Shown here piece by piece: positions 20,230-30,658 of a stretch of 64,000 nucleotides of DNA. The notes under the pieces are model-generated. The model ran no database searches and had not been told where the DNA came from. It saw nothing but the letters and a program-made list of their open reading frames with translations. This DNA comes from Candidatus Thalassarchaeaceae archaeon. Lineage in GTDB: Archaea; Thermoplasmatota; Poseidoniia; Poseidoniales; Thalassarchaeaceae. The stretch is from assembly GCA_030747475.1 (NCBI GenBank), contig JASLKO010000180.1, positions 31,631-95,630 of the forward strand, in the 5' to 3' direction. The translations under genes were made by a program, and so were the position numbers. Numbering within the stretch: the first letter of the stretch is position 1; every line of letters starts with the position of its first letter.

Positions 20230-20699
20230 GAATCGAGTAGTCCCAGCATCCCTGCTGCTGGAGCCAATGCAAGTGGGACTGCATGGAGTGGAGAAGCAAC
20301 ACCACCTTCCATCCAACAGCCTTCAGCAAATGGAGCACCCAATCCTAGATGCCCCATCCACGCTGATGCTTTGGCCCATCCTTTGCGAGTGATTCCCGCG
20401 CGCAAGGCAGTCGCGCCAAGACTTCGTGCTAAATTGGCAGATGTCTCCTCATCAGCACTTGCCAATGCACGAATGGCATCAATCCATTCTACAAGGGATG
20501 CGGGATCATCCCCTTTCGTTGCCGTTCCATCTTCAAGTGATTTTTCGTATGCTTCCTCAAATTGAGCCCGTTCGGGATTTGATAACTCAAGCGCATCTTG
20601 TAATGCATCAAGTTGATGAAATTCAGTTGCAGTTAATCTGTCATCAGCCCACGCAAGCGCAAGTGCGTGTGTGAAAGGGTCGCCGCCAAGAGTTTCCAT
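20226..20699 (-). CDS. Hypothetical protein with N-terminal TerB-like helical hairpin
   Basis: ALALAWADDRLTATEFHQLDALQDALELS; abuts the upstream gene. Confidence 0.65.
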   Translation of the reverse strand: METLGGDPFTHALALAWADDRLTATEFHQLDALQDALELSNPERAQFEEAYEKSLEDGTATKGDDPASLVEWIDAIRALASADEETSANLARSLGATALRAGITRKGWAKASAWMGHLGLGAPFAEGCWMEGGVASPLHAVPLALAPAAGMLGLLDS

Positions 20700-21221
20700 C
20701 TACTCACCCAACATTTCTCGAACCAAATCAAGGTGCTCAGCAAATGATATTCCTAGATTCTGCCTTCGCCGTGCAAGCAAACTCACTTCTCCAGGATCTA
20801 ACACTCCGTCTACCCAGACCGTTTCAAGAACCATCCTGTATGCATCCATCGCATCCATACTTGCACCTTCTGAAGTCGTTGGGACGTCCTCTTGATTATC
20901 CACACCCTCATCATCCGAATCCTCATCATCCATGAATGCGGAGAGGAGATCATCCTCGCCATCGGTGGCCAGTGCAATACTGGGTCCTCCAACACCTAGG
21001 GCGGCAAACGGATCATCGCCATCATCGTCATCTTCTTCCTCACCACCAATCTCGACAACAGTGGATGAGAATCCGTCACCCTCCTCCTCATCCTCTTCTA
21101 CGAATGCATCCAGAGCATCACCAACCTCTCCACCAGCAGGGGGCACACTCACACCTAGTTCTGCAAATGGGTCAACATCCTCAATAGCCTCGTCAGAATC
21201 TTCAGTATCAGGGTCCATCAA
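20700..21221 (-). CDS. Acidic, probably disordered protein with DPF motifs and a C-terminal TerB-like hairpin
   Basis: GAGGTGA RBS; D/E-rich; VWVDGVLDPGEVSLLARRRQNLGIS. Confidence 0.7.
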   Translation of the reverse strand: MMDPDTEDSDEAIEDVDPFAELGVSVPPAGGEVGDALDAFVEEDEEEGDGFSSTVVEIGGEEEDDDDGDDPFAALGVGGPSIALATDGEDDLLSAFMDDEDSDDEGVDNQEDVPTTSEGASMDAMDAYRMVLETVWVDGVLDPGEVSLLARRRQNLGISFAEHLDLVREMLGE

Positions 21222-21534
21222 GAACTCACCTCTTCATCACAGGGGCCACGGCGGCCACTCAAATGACTTCCCCGTAACTGCTCGTTAAATTTTCAAAATT
21301 TTTCAGAATATAATTTTTCAAAAAGCCCCTAAATCGACAGAATAGAGGAATGTACAATTACTTATGAGATGGATACTTTGGTCGTACTTCGGATGTATAT
21401 GCTCTCTCCTTTTGCGATATCTTCAAAGACCCTCCAAATCGGAGGTTAGGTCCCTGTGCGCCGAGATACCTGTTGCACCGGCCGAAACGAACCTTCAAGT
21501 TCCAAAAATACACCAAATGAGAGAGTGATGAATT

Positions 21535-24500
21535 ATGACCCAATCAAAAATCAAGGGAGATGCAGCGCAAGAAGTCGAAGAGCGCGGTATGATCATCGAA
21601 CGCCGCTTTACACAAGCTGGCAAGGACCCCTTCGATCAGTTTGATTGGTTTACAACAGATTTCATCATCAACAATCGTGATGGTTCCGTTGCTCATGAAA
21701 TTAAAGACGTATCATTACCGGTTGGCTTTGAAGGCGTTCCAGGTACAATTTGCGCACAGAAATACATGCGTAAAGCCGGTGTCCCAGCCGCTCTACGCAA
21801 GGTTCCAGAGGACAACGTCCCCACATGGCTCCAACGCTCAGTTCCCGATGAGGAAAAGTTGCAGACAATGGATGCAACAGAGCGCTTTGGTTGTGAGGCA
21901 GACGGCCGACAGTTGTTCCGTCGTCTTGCAGGCACCTGGACATATTGGGGTTGGAAGCACGGCTACTTTGCATCCGAAGCGGACGCCCAGAGTTACTATG
22001 ATGAGATGTGCTATCTTATTGCCAGTCAGCGTAGCGCTCCAAACAGCCCTCAATGGTTTAACACGGGTTTGCATTGGGCATATGGAATTGAAGGTCCAGC
22101 GCAGGGCCATTGGTATGTTGACCCAGTGACGAACGAAGACCTGCGTTCAGTCAATGCATACGAACACCCACAACCACACGCCTGTTTTATCCAAAGTGTT
22201 CAGGATAGTTTGGTGGGCGATTCAGAATCAATCATGGGATTGTGGAACCGTGAGGCTTTGTTGTTCAAGTTTGGTTCCGGTACAGGTTCAAACTTCTCCA
22301 ACATTCGTGGAGCGGGTGAGCCCTTATCAGGAGGGGGAACATCGAGTGGATTACTTTCCTTCTTGAAAATTGGTGATCGCGCTGCTGGGGCTATCAAGAG
22401 TGGAGGAACCACACGCCGAGCAGCCAAGATGGTCACCCTTGATTTGGACCACCCAGATATCGAGGAATTCGTGAATTGGAAATTGTCAGAGGAGGAGAAG
22501 GTTAGTGCACTTGTTACTGGTTCAACAGTACTTCAGAATCATTGCAATGCAATTCTTGAAGCAGCTTGGAGCGATGGTGGCAAATCAGCCATCATCGATC
22601 CAACCATGAGTCCATCATTACGAAAGGCCATGGTTGCAGCCATCAATTCAGGCGTACCTCAACCTCACCTTCAGCGCGTCCTTCGTCTGGCTGAACAGGG
22701 TTGGAAGAGTGTTGAATTTGAACCAATGGATACCGATTGGCAAGGAGAGGCCTATGCCACAGTATCGGGTCAAAATTCTAACAATTCCGTTAGAGTCCCT
22801 GAAGAATTTATGCAAGCTGTCGCAGAGAATAGAGACTGGAATCTATACCACCGTACAGAGAAGGCAAAGGCTGCAGCCGAGAATCGAGAACCTGAACCCT
22901 GCCGAACGCTTGACGCTAACGAATTTTGGAATGATATTGCATACACTGCATGGGCGTGTGCAGACCCAGGTGTACAATTTGATACAACAATCAATGAATG
23001 GCACACATGTCCAGAAGGTGGCCGTATCAATGGTAGTAACCCTTGCAGCGAATACATGTTCCTCGATGATACTGCTTGTAATCTTGCTAGCATCAATTTA
23101 CTTCACTATTACGACATGGATAAGCAATCATTCGATATCGAGGGCTTCCGCCACTCGACTCGACTATGGACGACGACTCTTGAGATTAGTGTTTTAATGG
23201 CTCAATTCCCAAGCCAATCTATTTCTCGAAAATCCTATGATTACCGTACACTAGGACTTGGTTACTGCAACATCGGCTCGATGTTGATGCACATGGGCAT
23301 CCCATACGACGATCCACGAGGTATCGCAATTTGTGGTGCAATCACTGCGATTATGACCGCCGAATCATACGCGACGAGTGCAGATATGGCAAGCTTCCTT
23401 GGCCCATTCCCACAGTACCAAGAAAATGCAGAGCACATGCTTCGTGTAATGCGAAACCACCGTCGTGCTGCATACGATGCTGCTCCCGAAGACTATGATG
23501 GACTTTCAATCACTCCAATGGGGATTAATCAGAAGCGTTGTCCGAAGGACCTTCTTGAAGCCGCACGATCATCGTGGGATCGCGCAGTTAACCTTGGAAT
23601 GGAGCACGGTTATCGAAATGCGCAAACAACCGTCATCGCACCAACTGGTACGATTGGGATGGTTATGGCATGTGATACGACTGGGGTAGAACCCCAATTC
23701 AGTTTAGTCCAATACAAAACACTCGCAGGCGGGGGCTCTCTACGTATTATCAATCGAGGCGTTCCAACTGCACTCAAACACTTAGGTTACAGTGACATGG
23801 AAGTCAAAGGAATCGTTGAGCACATCATGGGCACAGGTTCCATGGACAATTGTGACACAATTTCCATGCAGAGTCTTTCAGAGAATGGTTTCTCTGGTGA
23901 AGAATTTGCGAAGATTGAGGCCGCCATCGAAACACACCAACATGTTCGTTCGTTGTTCACATCAATGGTATTAGGTGAAGAGTTTTGTAAAGAAACACTC
24001 AATCTCTCAGAGGAGGATTGTTCCAATCCTTTCTTCGATATATTGGGCCATCTTGAATATACTGCTGCTCAGATTGAGTCTGCCAATGAACACGTTTACG
24101 GCCATCTTTCAATTGAGAGTGCCCCTCACCTCAAGGAGGAACATCTACCCGTATTCGATTGTGCAACACCAGGTGGTAAGAATGGTACACGATCCATTGC
24201 TTGGGCAGCTCACGTTAACATGATGGCTGCAGCTCAACCATTCATTTCAGGTGCGATTTCCAAGACAATCAATATGCCTGCTGACTCATCTATTGATGAT
24301 GTACGAGATGCCTACAACCTTTCACATGCAACCATGAACAAAGCTTGTGCAGTTTATCGAGATGGAAGCAAACTATCTCAGCCATTGATGAATAGTTTGG
24401 TTGACATGACAGTTACATTGGAAGAAGAGGTCGAAGAAGTAGAGGTGACCTCTACAATGTCTGTTAAGCAAGCAGTCAAGGAAGTGGCAGAAGCATTACC

Positions 24501-25176
24501 TCTCCCACCAACGAAGGCGGAACCATTGGCAGACGCATTTGTTCAGAACTACATTGCAGCAAGACAACCCTTGCCAGACAATTGTGAGGGCGGTAGGATG
24601 AAGGCAAGGATTGGGGGCCACACCATTTATCTCAATCACAGTGCATACGACGATGGTCGATTGGGCGAGATCATGCTCACCACATCAAAGGAAGGAGCCG
24701 CATGGAGATCCATGCTGAATCAATTTGCAATTGCAGTCTCTATTGGTTTGCAATATGGTGTACCATTGGATGCGTTCGTCAAATCCTTCACTTTCCAGAA
24801 GTTTGAACCAAGTGGTATGATTGTAGGTGGTAGTGGAAGAGTGAAAATGGCATCAAGCCTCATGGATTACATCTTCAGAGAACTTGGTATTGAATATCTA
24901 GGTCGCTCAGATTTGGCCCATATTTCTGAAGAAGATTTAGACCCTTTTTCCATTAGTCGCCCTGAAATAACTGAAGATGGCGTTGCAAGGGTCCAAGGAG
25001 AACAACGAAATGTCCAACTCACCCTAGATGTAGATCCTGATATCCAGGCTCGAGAGATGGCAAAGCAATACGGTTTCACAGGCGATATTTGTGATGATTG
25101 CGGCAGTAGTCAGATGGTTCGTAATGGCACTTGTTTGAAGTGCAACGAATGTGGTACAACGACCGGTTGTTCCTAA
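21535..25176 (+). CDS. nrdJ: Adenosylcobalamin-dependent (class II) ribonucleotide reductase with TSCPD and Zn-ribbon tail
   Basis: PNSPQWFN, PHACFI, SNPCSEY, DDTACNLASINL, IAPTGT, GAISKTINMP, C-terminal CDDCG...CLKCNECG...GCS. Confidence 0.96.
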   Translation: MTQSKIKGDAAQEVEERGMIIERRFTQAGKDPFDQFDWFTTDFIINNRDGSVAHEIKDVSLPVGFEGVPGTICAQKYMRKAGVPAALRKVPEDNVPTWLQRSVPDEEKLQTMDATERFGCEADGRQLFRRLAGTWTYWGWKHGYFASEADAQSYYDEMCYLIASQRSAPNSPQWFNTGLHWAYGIEGPAQGHWYVDPVTNEDLRSVNAYEHPQPHACFIQSVQDSLVGDSESIMGLWNREALLFKFGSGTGSNFSNIRGAGEPLSGGGTSSGLLSFLKIGDRAAGAIKSGGTTRRAAKMVTLDLDHPDIEEFVNWKLSEEEKVSALVTGSTVLQNHCNAILEAAWSDGGKSAIIDPTMSPSLRKAMVAAINSGVPQPHLQRVLRLAEQGWKSVEFEPMDTDWQGEAYATVSGQNSNNSVRVPEEFMQAVAENRDWNLYHRTEKAKAAAENREPEPCRTLDANEFWNDIAYTAWACADPGVQFDTTINEWHTCPEGGRINGSNPCSEYMFLDDTACNLASINLLHYYDMDKQSFDIEGFRHSTRLWTTTLEISVLMAQFPSQSISRKSYDYRTLGLGYCNIGSMLMHMGIPYDDPRGIAICGAITAIMTAESYATSADMASFLGPFPQYQENAEHMLRVMRNHRRAAYDAAPEDYDGLSITPMGINQKRCPKDLLEAARSSWDRAVNLGMEHGYRNAQTTVIAPTGTIGMVMACDTTGVEPQFSLVQYKTLAGGGSLRIINRGVPTALKHLGYSDMEVKGIVEHIMGTGSMDNCDTISMQSLSENGFSGEEFAKIEAAIETHQHVRSLFTSMVLGEEFCKETLNLSEEDCSNPFFDILGHLEYTAAQIESANEHVYGHLSIESAPHLKEEHLPVFDCATPGGKNGTRSIAWAAHVNMMAAAQPFISGAISKTINMPADSSIDDVRDAYNLSHATMNKACAVYRDGSKLSQPLMNSLVDMTVTLEEEVEEVEVTSTMSVKQAVKEVAEALPLPPTKAEPLADAFVQNYIAARQPLPDNCEGGRMKARIGGHTIYLNHSAYDDGRLGEIMLTTSKEGAAWRSMLNQFAIAVSIGLQYGVPLDAFVKSFTFQKFEPSGMIVGGSGRVKMASSLMDYIFRELGIEYLGRSDLAHISEEDLDPFSISRPEITEDGVARVQGEQRNVQLTLDVDPDIQAREMAKQYGFTGDICDDCGSSQMVRNGTCLKCNECGTTTGCS

Positions 25177-28100
25177 TCACAGCCACTGACTAAGTTCTCT
25201 AGCACTACGAACTACACCAAAGCCGAAGGCATCTTCCAGTGATCTTCGAACTAATCTGAAATCAGAATCACGCGTAGCTACTAGGACACTACCGATTCCA
25301 CGATAAGTCTCATCTGCTAATTTAGCAGCCGTTCTCATGATGTCACAATCTCCGCGTTCCGGATAGATTTGGCCATCTGTATTGCCTTTGATTTTCGTCC
25401 TCTTTGCTAGAGCCTTCTTACTCATGCCGGATTTCATCTCTGTGACCTTTTGATAAATTTCATGATGTTCAATTAAGAAATCCTCGACTTGTTGCTTGTA
25501 TTGAGATACGGCTGCATTGAACCCCTCATTTGATGGTGGTTGCCATTCACCATAGTCTATCACAATCTGGTTGTAAATCTCTTTTACAGATTCAACTGTC
25601 ACGGTTTCAATCCACGTTACTTCATCAATCCAAACATCATTGAAGAGTGTACGTACACGATCAAGCTCATTCATTCTATTTTCAAATTCACGCATGGCGG
25701 CACTCGGAATGAACAAATGGATTTGATGATTTTTTGCCTTGGCAAGTATCGTTCGATGGAATGACCCATTGTTTTGAGTATTAATCGAACCATCGTCACC
25801 CAATAATTGGCCAATGCGTTCTTTGGCTGCATCAATGAGGAGGTTTGTATCTACGAGAACGAGGGGCTTCAATTGTAGATGCCGCAATTTCCTTCGTTCT
25901 CCAATTCTAATGCTTTCCTGATGTTCAGAAAAAATGGCTTGTTGACTTCCTCTCAGGGCAGATATTTGATTCAAATTAAATTGATTAGAATTCATCGCTC
26001 TTTCAAACATCATGAGGCCCTGAATCGCTTCTAGTTCCGAAGCATCTCTTGCAATCGCTTCAATTTCCTGAATCGCAGCATCTCGAAGTGCATGTCTGAA
26101 TTGAATTTCCAATTGACTTCGAGGGCTCCGTCTATTTTCTTTGAGTCGTTGAATTGCTGCCCTTATTCTCCCTTGCCACGGTTCCTTCGGTAAATCTCGA
26201 GAATTTGGATAGGTAAATAATGCATCTAATTCATCAGATGGATAAACCGTCCTCTTCTTTTCCACTTGTTCACCATCAACGGATTCAGTCATGAATTTCT
26301 CAGTGCGCTCGACCGATTTCTTCAATCTCTGATTTGCTGCTTCAGTCTGCCCACGATCCGCATCATCACAAACACGAAGATACAGTTGGAATCGATTTGT
26401 CAAAGCAGAATGTAATGCTGGTTGCACTTCTAACATTTCAACCGCTTCAGACCACCGTCCAACATGAGCGAAGTTGATGAGTGCCCTTCTTGCAAGATGA
26501 ATTTGATCTTCGTATTTGATACTCGAATCCCGACATGCTCGCCTCAGTCCACGTGCTGCTGCCAAGCGGTTATCACGTGTTTCATCAATGGAGGCCATGA
26601 CGACAAGGTGTGATGCAGACGAAGGAGCGTGCAATCGATGCCATTCAGCCAACGCGGGAACAGCAACACCGTGTTCTAACACGACTTGTCTCACATTATT
26701 GACAATCTGCATACTTGGAGAATCTTGAATAAGTAATTCCAAAGTTTCTTCCGCTTTAGTGGTATTTCTTTCATCACCATCTTCCAACAACTTTAGCGTC
26801 CCGTTAAATCTTAGATTGGCGATGACTGCTCTGAATAAGTGCTCCTCCACTCCGCTAATCGATGAAGAATCCATCGAATCTTGCAACGTGTCTAGCAACT
26901 TTTCTGCAACTAAACCACTCCCGCCATCCATTAGTGCTTGGCGACATTGATTGAATGCCTTAATTGCCTCTCGACTCAATTCTTTCTGTATGGGGGCCAA
27001 ATCTGCTGAAACACCTTCAAGGAGTTTAATCAAACCAATTGATGCCTCTGAGAGGATACCTGTGGAATCTTGAGATAGTGCGGCAATTGCTTCTGGTCTT
27101 GCGATTTTGAGCCAATTCCTCAATTCAGAATCAGCATGTGCTGGAAGTAAATGATAGACGAGAATGGTACGATGTGGATGAATTTTTCCAGCATCTTGCA
27201 TTTTCATGAGAATAGAACCAATTTGAGTGGCCTCCCCTAATTCAGTAAACAAATCAAGAGCGGTTGGCAGACTTTCTTCCCAAATCCCCCCTCCTCTGAT
27301 TTGCAATTCATTCACGGCTGCAACTCGTAAATCTCCAGGAGAATCTGAACTTAGAATCTGTACGAGATCCTCATGTTCATATTTTGAAATCTGATTGACA
27401 ATTCTCATTTTTATATCAGATGCATTCGTCCGATTTATGATTTCTAACAATAATGGAATATGCTGCCGTTCTAGTACGTTCAACCCTGCAGTTTCTTGTA
27501 CTGCTCGCGCTTCATCGCCATTTTGAATCAGCGTTGAAATTAATTTCCATCGGAGAGTAGTTTCAGTGGCCCCATCTAGTGTTTGCTTTAGCGCAGCATC
27601 AATATCATCAACACTCAAGACAAACTCATCGGGCGCATTTATCAGTGCTTGTAATCGCATGGCAGTCGATAATCCATCATCTCCCTTAGCACCTTGACAA
27701 GAACCCCACGATTCTTGATTTCCAGAACGTAGTTGAGCTAGAGCCAATTGATCGGTAGCAATGGTTGCAATATCTCCATCTCCTTTACTAAGGGCTTCTA
27801 AATCAGTACAACCACTTTCATCACCAATTGCTAATTTGATCAATGCGGGAATCAATGTAGCTTCGCCTTCAAATTTTGTTAGTGATTTTGGTAGTTTAGG
27901 AGCACTCCTCCGTCCAAAATCTGATGATAAGTGTTGTAAGGCTAGTTTCTGTTCTGCAGACAAAGGAAACGGGGTGTTTAGTGACAACCATTTTCCGACC
28001 TCATCATGATTCAGTGGATCTAATCGAGATCCTTCCACCCATTCACTAGAATTCTCTAAAGAGACAATAGGCCAATCCTCATCTTTAATTTTCAACTCAG

Positions 28101-28614
28101 GATATGCAGTTAATTCGGCCAATAACGGAGCTTCTCTACCCATTATTGCCCAAACGGGATGCACTCCGGACTTACATTTCTCTCTGAGTTCCGTAAGTAC
28201 ATAATCCCATTTTGGATTCCATTTGTCACCCAATCTTGCTCGCTTAATCAGCATAGATGCCAAACGGTAACCTGGTGGTGCAATGGAAGTAATCAATGAC
28301 TCTACAGATTCAATCCAATCTTCGGTACTTGTTCTACGTTTACGTAGTCCACGACTACGCCTTCGCCTACTATTGGAACGCCCACTTCCCGCCTCGCCAG
28401 AGACTTCTTCTTTGTCGAGCGCAACCATTAGAATTCCTTTGTATGGTTTGTTCAGTAATTCCCAAGCAGCGGTCTTCATTGCCTTATTTCGACGTTTTTC
28501 AGGCAGGTCCCCTGCTTTGATTGCAACCTCTAGACATTCGAGTAAATGGTCCTCCAATTCCCATTCCTCCGCCAAAGGCGGTAATCTGCCGTTTCCGTCC
28601 CTTAATGAACACAT
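25177..28614 (-). CDS. Large alpha-helical protein with C-terminal PIN nuclease domain
   Basis: VLVDTNLLID...AMREF...GDCDIM...VATRDSDF acidic PIN residues; long helical-looking N-terminal region. Confidence 0.72.
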   Translation of the reverse strand: MCSLRDGNGRLPPLAEEWELEDHLLECLEVAIKAGDLPEKRRNKAMKTAAWELLNKPYKGILMVALDKEEVSGEAGSGRSNSRRRRSRGLRKRRTSTEDWIESVESLITSIAPPGYRLASMLIKRARLGDKWNPKWDYVLTELREKCKSGVHPVWAIMGREAPLLAELTAYPELKIKDEDWPIVSLENSSEWVEGSRLDPLNHDEVGKWLSLNTPFPLSAEQKLALQHLSSDFGRRSAPKLPKSLTKFEGEATLIPALIKLAIGDESGCTDLEALSKGDGDIATIATDQLALAQLRSGNQESWGSCQGAKGDDGLSTAMRLQALINAPDEFVLSVDDIDAALKQTLDGATETTLRWKLISTLIQNGDEARAVQETAGLNVLERQHIPLLLEIINRTNASDIKMRIVNQISKYEHEDLVQILSSDSPGDLRVAAVNELQIRGGGIWEESLPTALDLFTELGEATQIGSILMKMQDAGKIHPHRTILVYHLLPAHADSELRNWLKIARPEAIAALSQDSTGILSEASIGLIKLLEGVSADLAPIQKELSREAIKAFNQCRQALMDGGSGLVAEKLLDTLQDSMDSSSISGVEEHLFRAVIANLRFNGTLKLLEDGDERNTTKAEETLELLIQDSPSMQIVNNVRQVVLEHGVAVPALAEWHRLHAPSSASHLVVMASIDETRDNRLAAARGLRRACRDSSIKYEDQIHLARRALINFAHVGRWSEAVEMLEVQPALHSALTNRFQLYLRVCDDADRGQTEAANQRLKKSVERTEKFMTESVDGEQVEKKRTVYPSDELDALFTYPNSRDLPKEPWQGRIRAAIQRLKENRRSPRSQLEIQFRHALRDAAIQEIEAIARDASELEAIQGLMMFERAMNSNQFNLNQISALRGSQQAIFSEHQESIRIGERRKLRHLQLKPLVLVDTNLLIDAAKERIGQLLGDDGSINTQNNGSFHRTILAKAKNHQIHLFIPSAAMREFENRMNELDRVRTLFNDVWIDEVTWIETVTVESVKEIYNQIVIDYGEWQPPSNEGFNAAVSQYKQQVEDFLIEHHEIYQKVTEMKSGMSKKALAKRTKIKGNTDGQIYPERGDCDIMRTAAKLADETYRGIGSVLVATRDSDFRLVRRSLEDAFGFGVVRSARELSQWL

Positions 28615-28635
28615 CGCTGTAGCCGCTGTGCTGAA

Positions 28636-29142
28636 GTGTTTGACCGTCTTCGAGAGGTTGTGGGCCCCACTGAACTAGTCATCATTCTCTTTCATCCAAT
28701 CATTGCAATTGTAGTGATTGGATGGATGGTAAAGCAGCATCGATGGCGCCAGCAAGGAAAGTTGCTGAAAGGCGATCAACGTAAAGCCGCAGTTGCTTCA
28801 CACGAGAGGGACGGTGAGCGTTTGTACATCATGGCATGGTTAATCGTGGTCACTGGTTTCATTGCCAATGCATTGCATAGAATTCGAACAGAGAATCTCA
28901 CATTACCATCTGCACTGCTACCAACTGGTGCAGGCGGTCTCCATGCGGGCGGTGGAATCATCGGCTTATTCCTCATCACAATTTTATGGCAAAAGGGACG
29001 AAAATCTAGAGATTTACGAGATGCAGGTGAACCATGGGCTGCAGAAAAAAACAGACATGGTCGAGCATCCGATGTAATCCTCATATTGATTGCAATCCAT
29101 GCCTTCCTGGGTTTCCTTTGGTTAATGCAATTACTCACGTAA
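28636..29142 (+). CDS. Four-TM membrane protein with His residues in or near each helix (possibly cytochrome b561-like)
   Basis: FHPII, SHERDG, LHAGGG, RHGRA; start uncertain (GTG 28636 or 28660). Confidence 0.6.
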   Translation: MFDRLREVVGPTELVIILFHPIIAIVVIGWMVKQHRWRQQGKLLKGDQRKAAVASHERDGERLYIMAWLIVVTGFIANALHRIRTENLTLPSALLPTGAGGLHAGGGIIGLFLITILWQKGRKSRDLRDAGEPWAAEKNRHGRASDVILILIAIHAFLGFLWLMQLLT

Positions 29143-30168
29143 TTATCGATCAGCCCAAATCGATAACCACTGGTTGATATTCTTCTGAATGTCATCCAAA
29201 TCAATGGGTCTATTTTCACAATCACCCTCAGATGAGATTGGTTGTAGTCTACAACCACAGGCATTGGCATGTCCACCACCATTGACATCAAATGCACATG
29301 CTAATTTTGTCAAATCAAAAACACCACCATCTTCATGTAGAAATGAGTTGGAGTAGAAAGATGCAGAGAGGGGCCACCGTTCTTTATTTCCAATGGACCC
29401 ATCTACATATCCATGGATAATCATACAGGCATCGCAAGCATCACCAAAATGAGCGGTAACAAGGTATCCGTTAGTACGAATTCCCGCACCATCTAATCGA
29501 ACGATTGCTAACCTGTCAATAATTTCTGAACGGTCAGTTAGCATATCTTGTAACGAAACAAATTCTAATCGCGCATCTCCGATTCGGTTTGAAACAATTT
29601 CTTCATTGACGATATCTACAGGTAACATACCAGATGTAACTAGATTGAGTAGAGTCCGACAGTACTCTGGATCTGTTGCACTAATCGTTCTTCCAATCCA
29701 CACGACTGGATGATCAGAAAGAAACTCCGCTGGGGTGATTTTTCCACCATCTAAGCGGTCCACCATGTCCATCCAAACATCAAAGTCGCTAAGATCTATC
29801 AAATCAAAAAATGATTCAAACGCCACTCTTGCAGCACTCAATTTGTCCTGCCAGATGATATATCCACCAGTATCAATTTGTTTCTTTTCTTGTTCATTAG
29901 TGGGCTTGTTTGTCAGGTGATGATCAATGTAAAGTCCACAATCTGGATGAAATGGTAAATCCAGTAACGCAGTATCTGTTCCAATCCAATCATCAATCCG
30001 GCCGCTTCGTATTTCGGCAGGATGAGTAAACAGAACAGTAGCATCTGGCCAGAATCGCTTGAGGATTGCAGCAGATAACAACCCATCTAGGTCTCCATCG
30101 GCGACAATACGACGAATTTCTAAACCAGAAAATCCACTCATCAAACCCCCCCTAGCGTCGTCCCTCAT
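29143..30168 (-). CDS. DHH family phosphoesterase (NrnA-like)
   Basis: DGDLDG, LDLP, IDHH, SAA, GGGHANACG motifs. Confidence 0.88.
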   Translation of the reverse strand: MRDDARGGLMSGFSGLEIRRIVADGDLDGLLSAAILKRFWPDATVLFTHPAEIRSGRIDDWIGTDTALLDLPFHPDCGLYIDHHLTNKPTNEQEKKQIDTGGYIIWQDKLSAARVAFESFFDLIDLSDFDVWMDMVDRLDGGKITPAEFLSDHPVVWIGRTISATDPEYCRTLLNLVTSGMLPVDIVNEEIVSNRIGDARLEFVSLQDMLTDRSEIIDRLAIVRLDGAGIRTNGYLVTAHFGDACDACMIIHGYVDGSIGNKERWPLSASFYSNSFLHEDGGVFDLTKLACAFDVNGGGHANACGCRLQPISSEGDCENRPIDLDDIQKNINQWLSIWADR

Positions 30169-30244
30169 CGAGCACCGTTCTTAGCATTGTGTTATTGCGC
30201 CTGCCTCCCGAAATGGATTAGTAGCCCTCACCAATAGCACAGTC

Positions 30245-30658
30245 ATGGAGACCTCATGCGGAGTCGTCTTGGTTAATTTTGGGAGTGTGCTTCTCCTCCA
30301 ATATCCGCAAGGCCATTGGGGCTTCCCCAAAGGCCATTTTGAAGAAGAGGATGGTGCATATCAACAGACTGCCCTAAGGGAATTAGAAGAAGAAACAGGT
30401 ATTTCGGAAGTCCGGATGGTTGAAGATTGGAGAATCCGAACCGAATACACATTCGCGCGGAAGGGCCGCCCTGTGCTGAAGGAGGTATTCTGGTTCATTG
30501 GGGAAACGGATCAATATGAAATCAATTTGAGCCATGAACATCGAAATTACATGTGGCTGGATTGGGAAGGTGCCGAAGCTCAATTGACATTCGAACCAAG
30601 TAAGGAAGTACTCAGAGCCGCTAGGAATCAACTACGAGCCATGGGTCGTGAAGTTTAG
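30245..30658 (+). CDS. NUDIX hydrolase (Ap4A hydrolase-like)
   Basis: GHWGFPKGH...TALRELEEETG, LSHEH. Confidence 0.9.
   Translation: METSCGVVLVNFGSVLLLQYPQGHWGFPKGHFEEEDGAYQQTALRELEEETGISEVRMVEDWRIRTEYTFARKGRPVLKEVFWFIGETDQYEINLSHEHRNYMWLDWEGAEAQLTFEPSKEVLRAARNQLRAMGREV

Noticed and set aside
21222-21534. Cobalamin riboswitch, NrdR box or replication origin upstream of nrdJ
   Set aside because: No B12-box core, no convincing NrdR palindrome, no ORB motif and no cdc6 neighbour seen.
21535-25176. Intein or intron in nrdJ
   Set aside because: Catalytic motifs are contiguous and no splice-junction motifs were seen.
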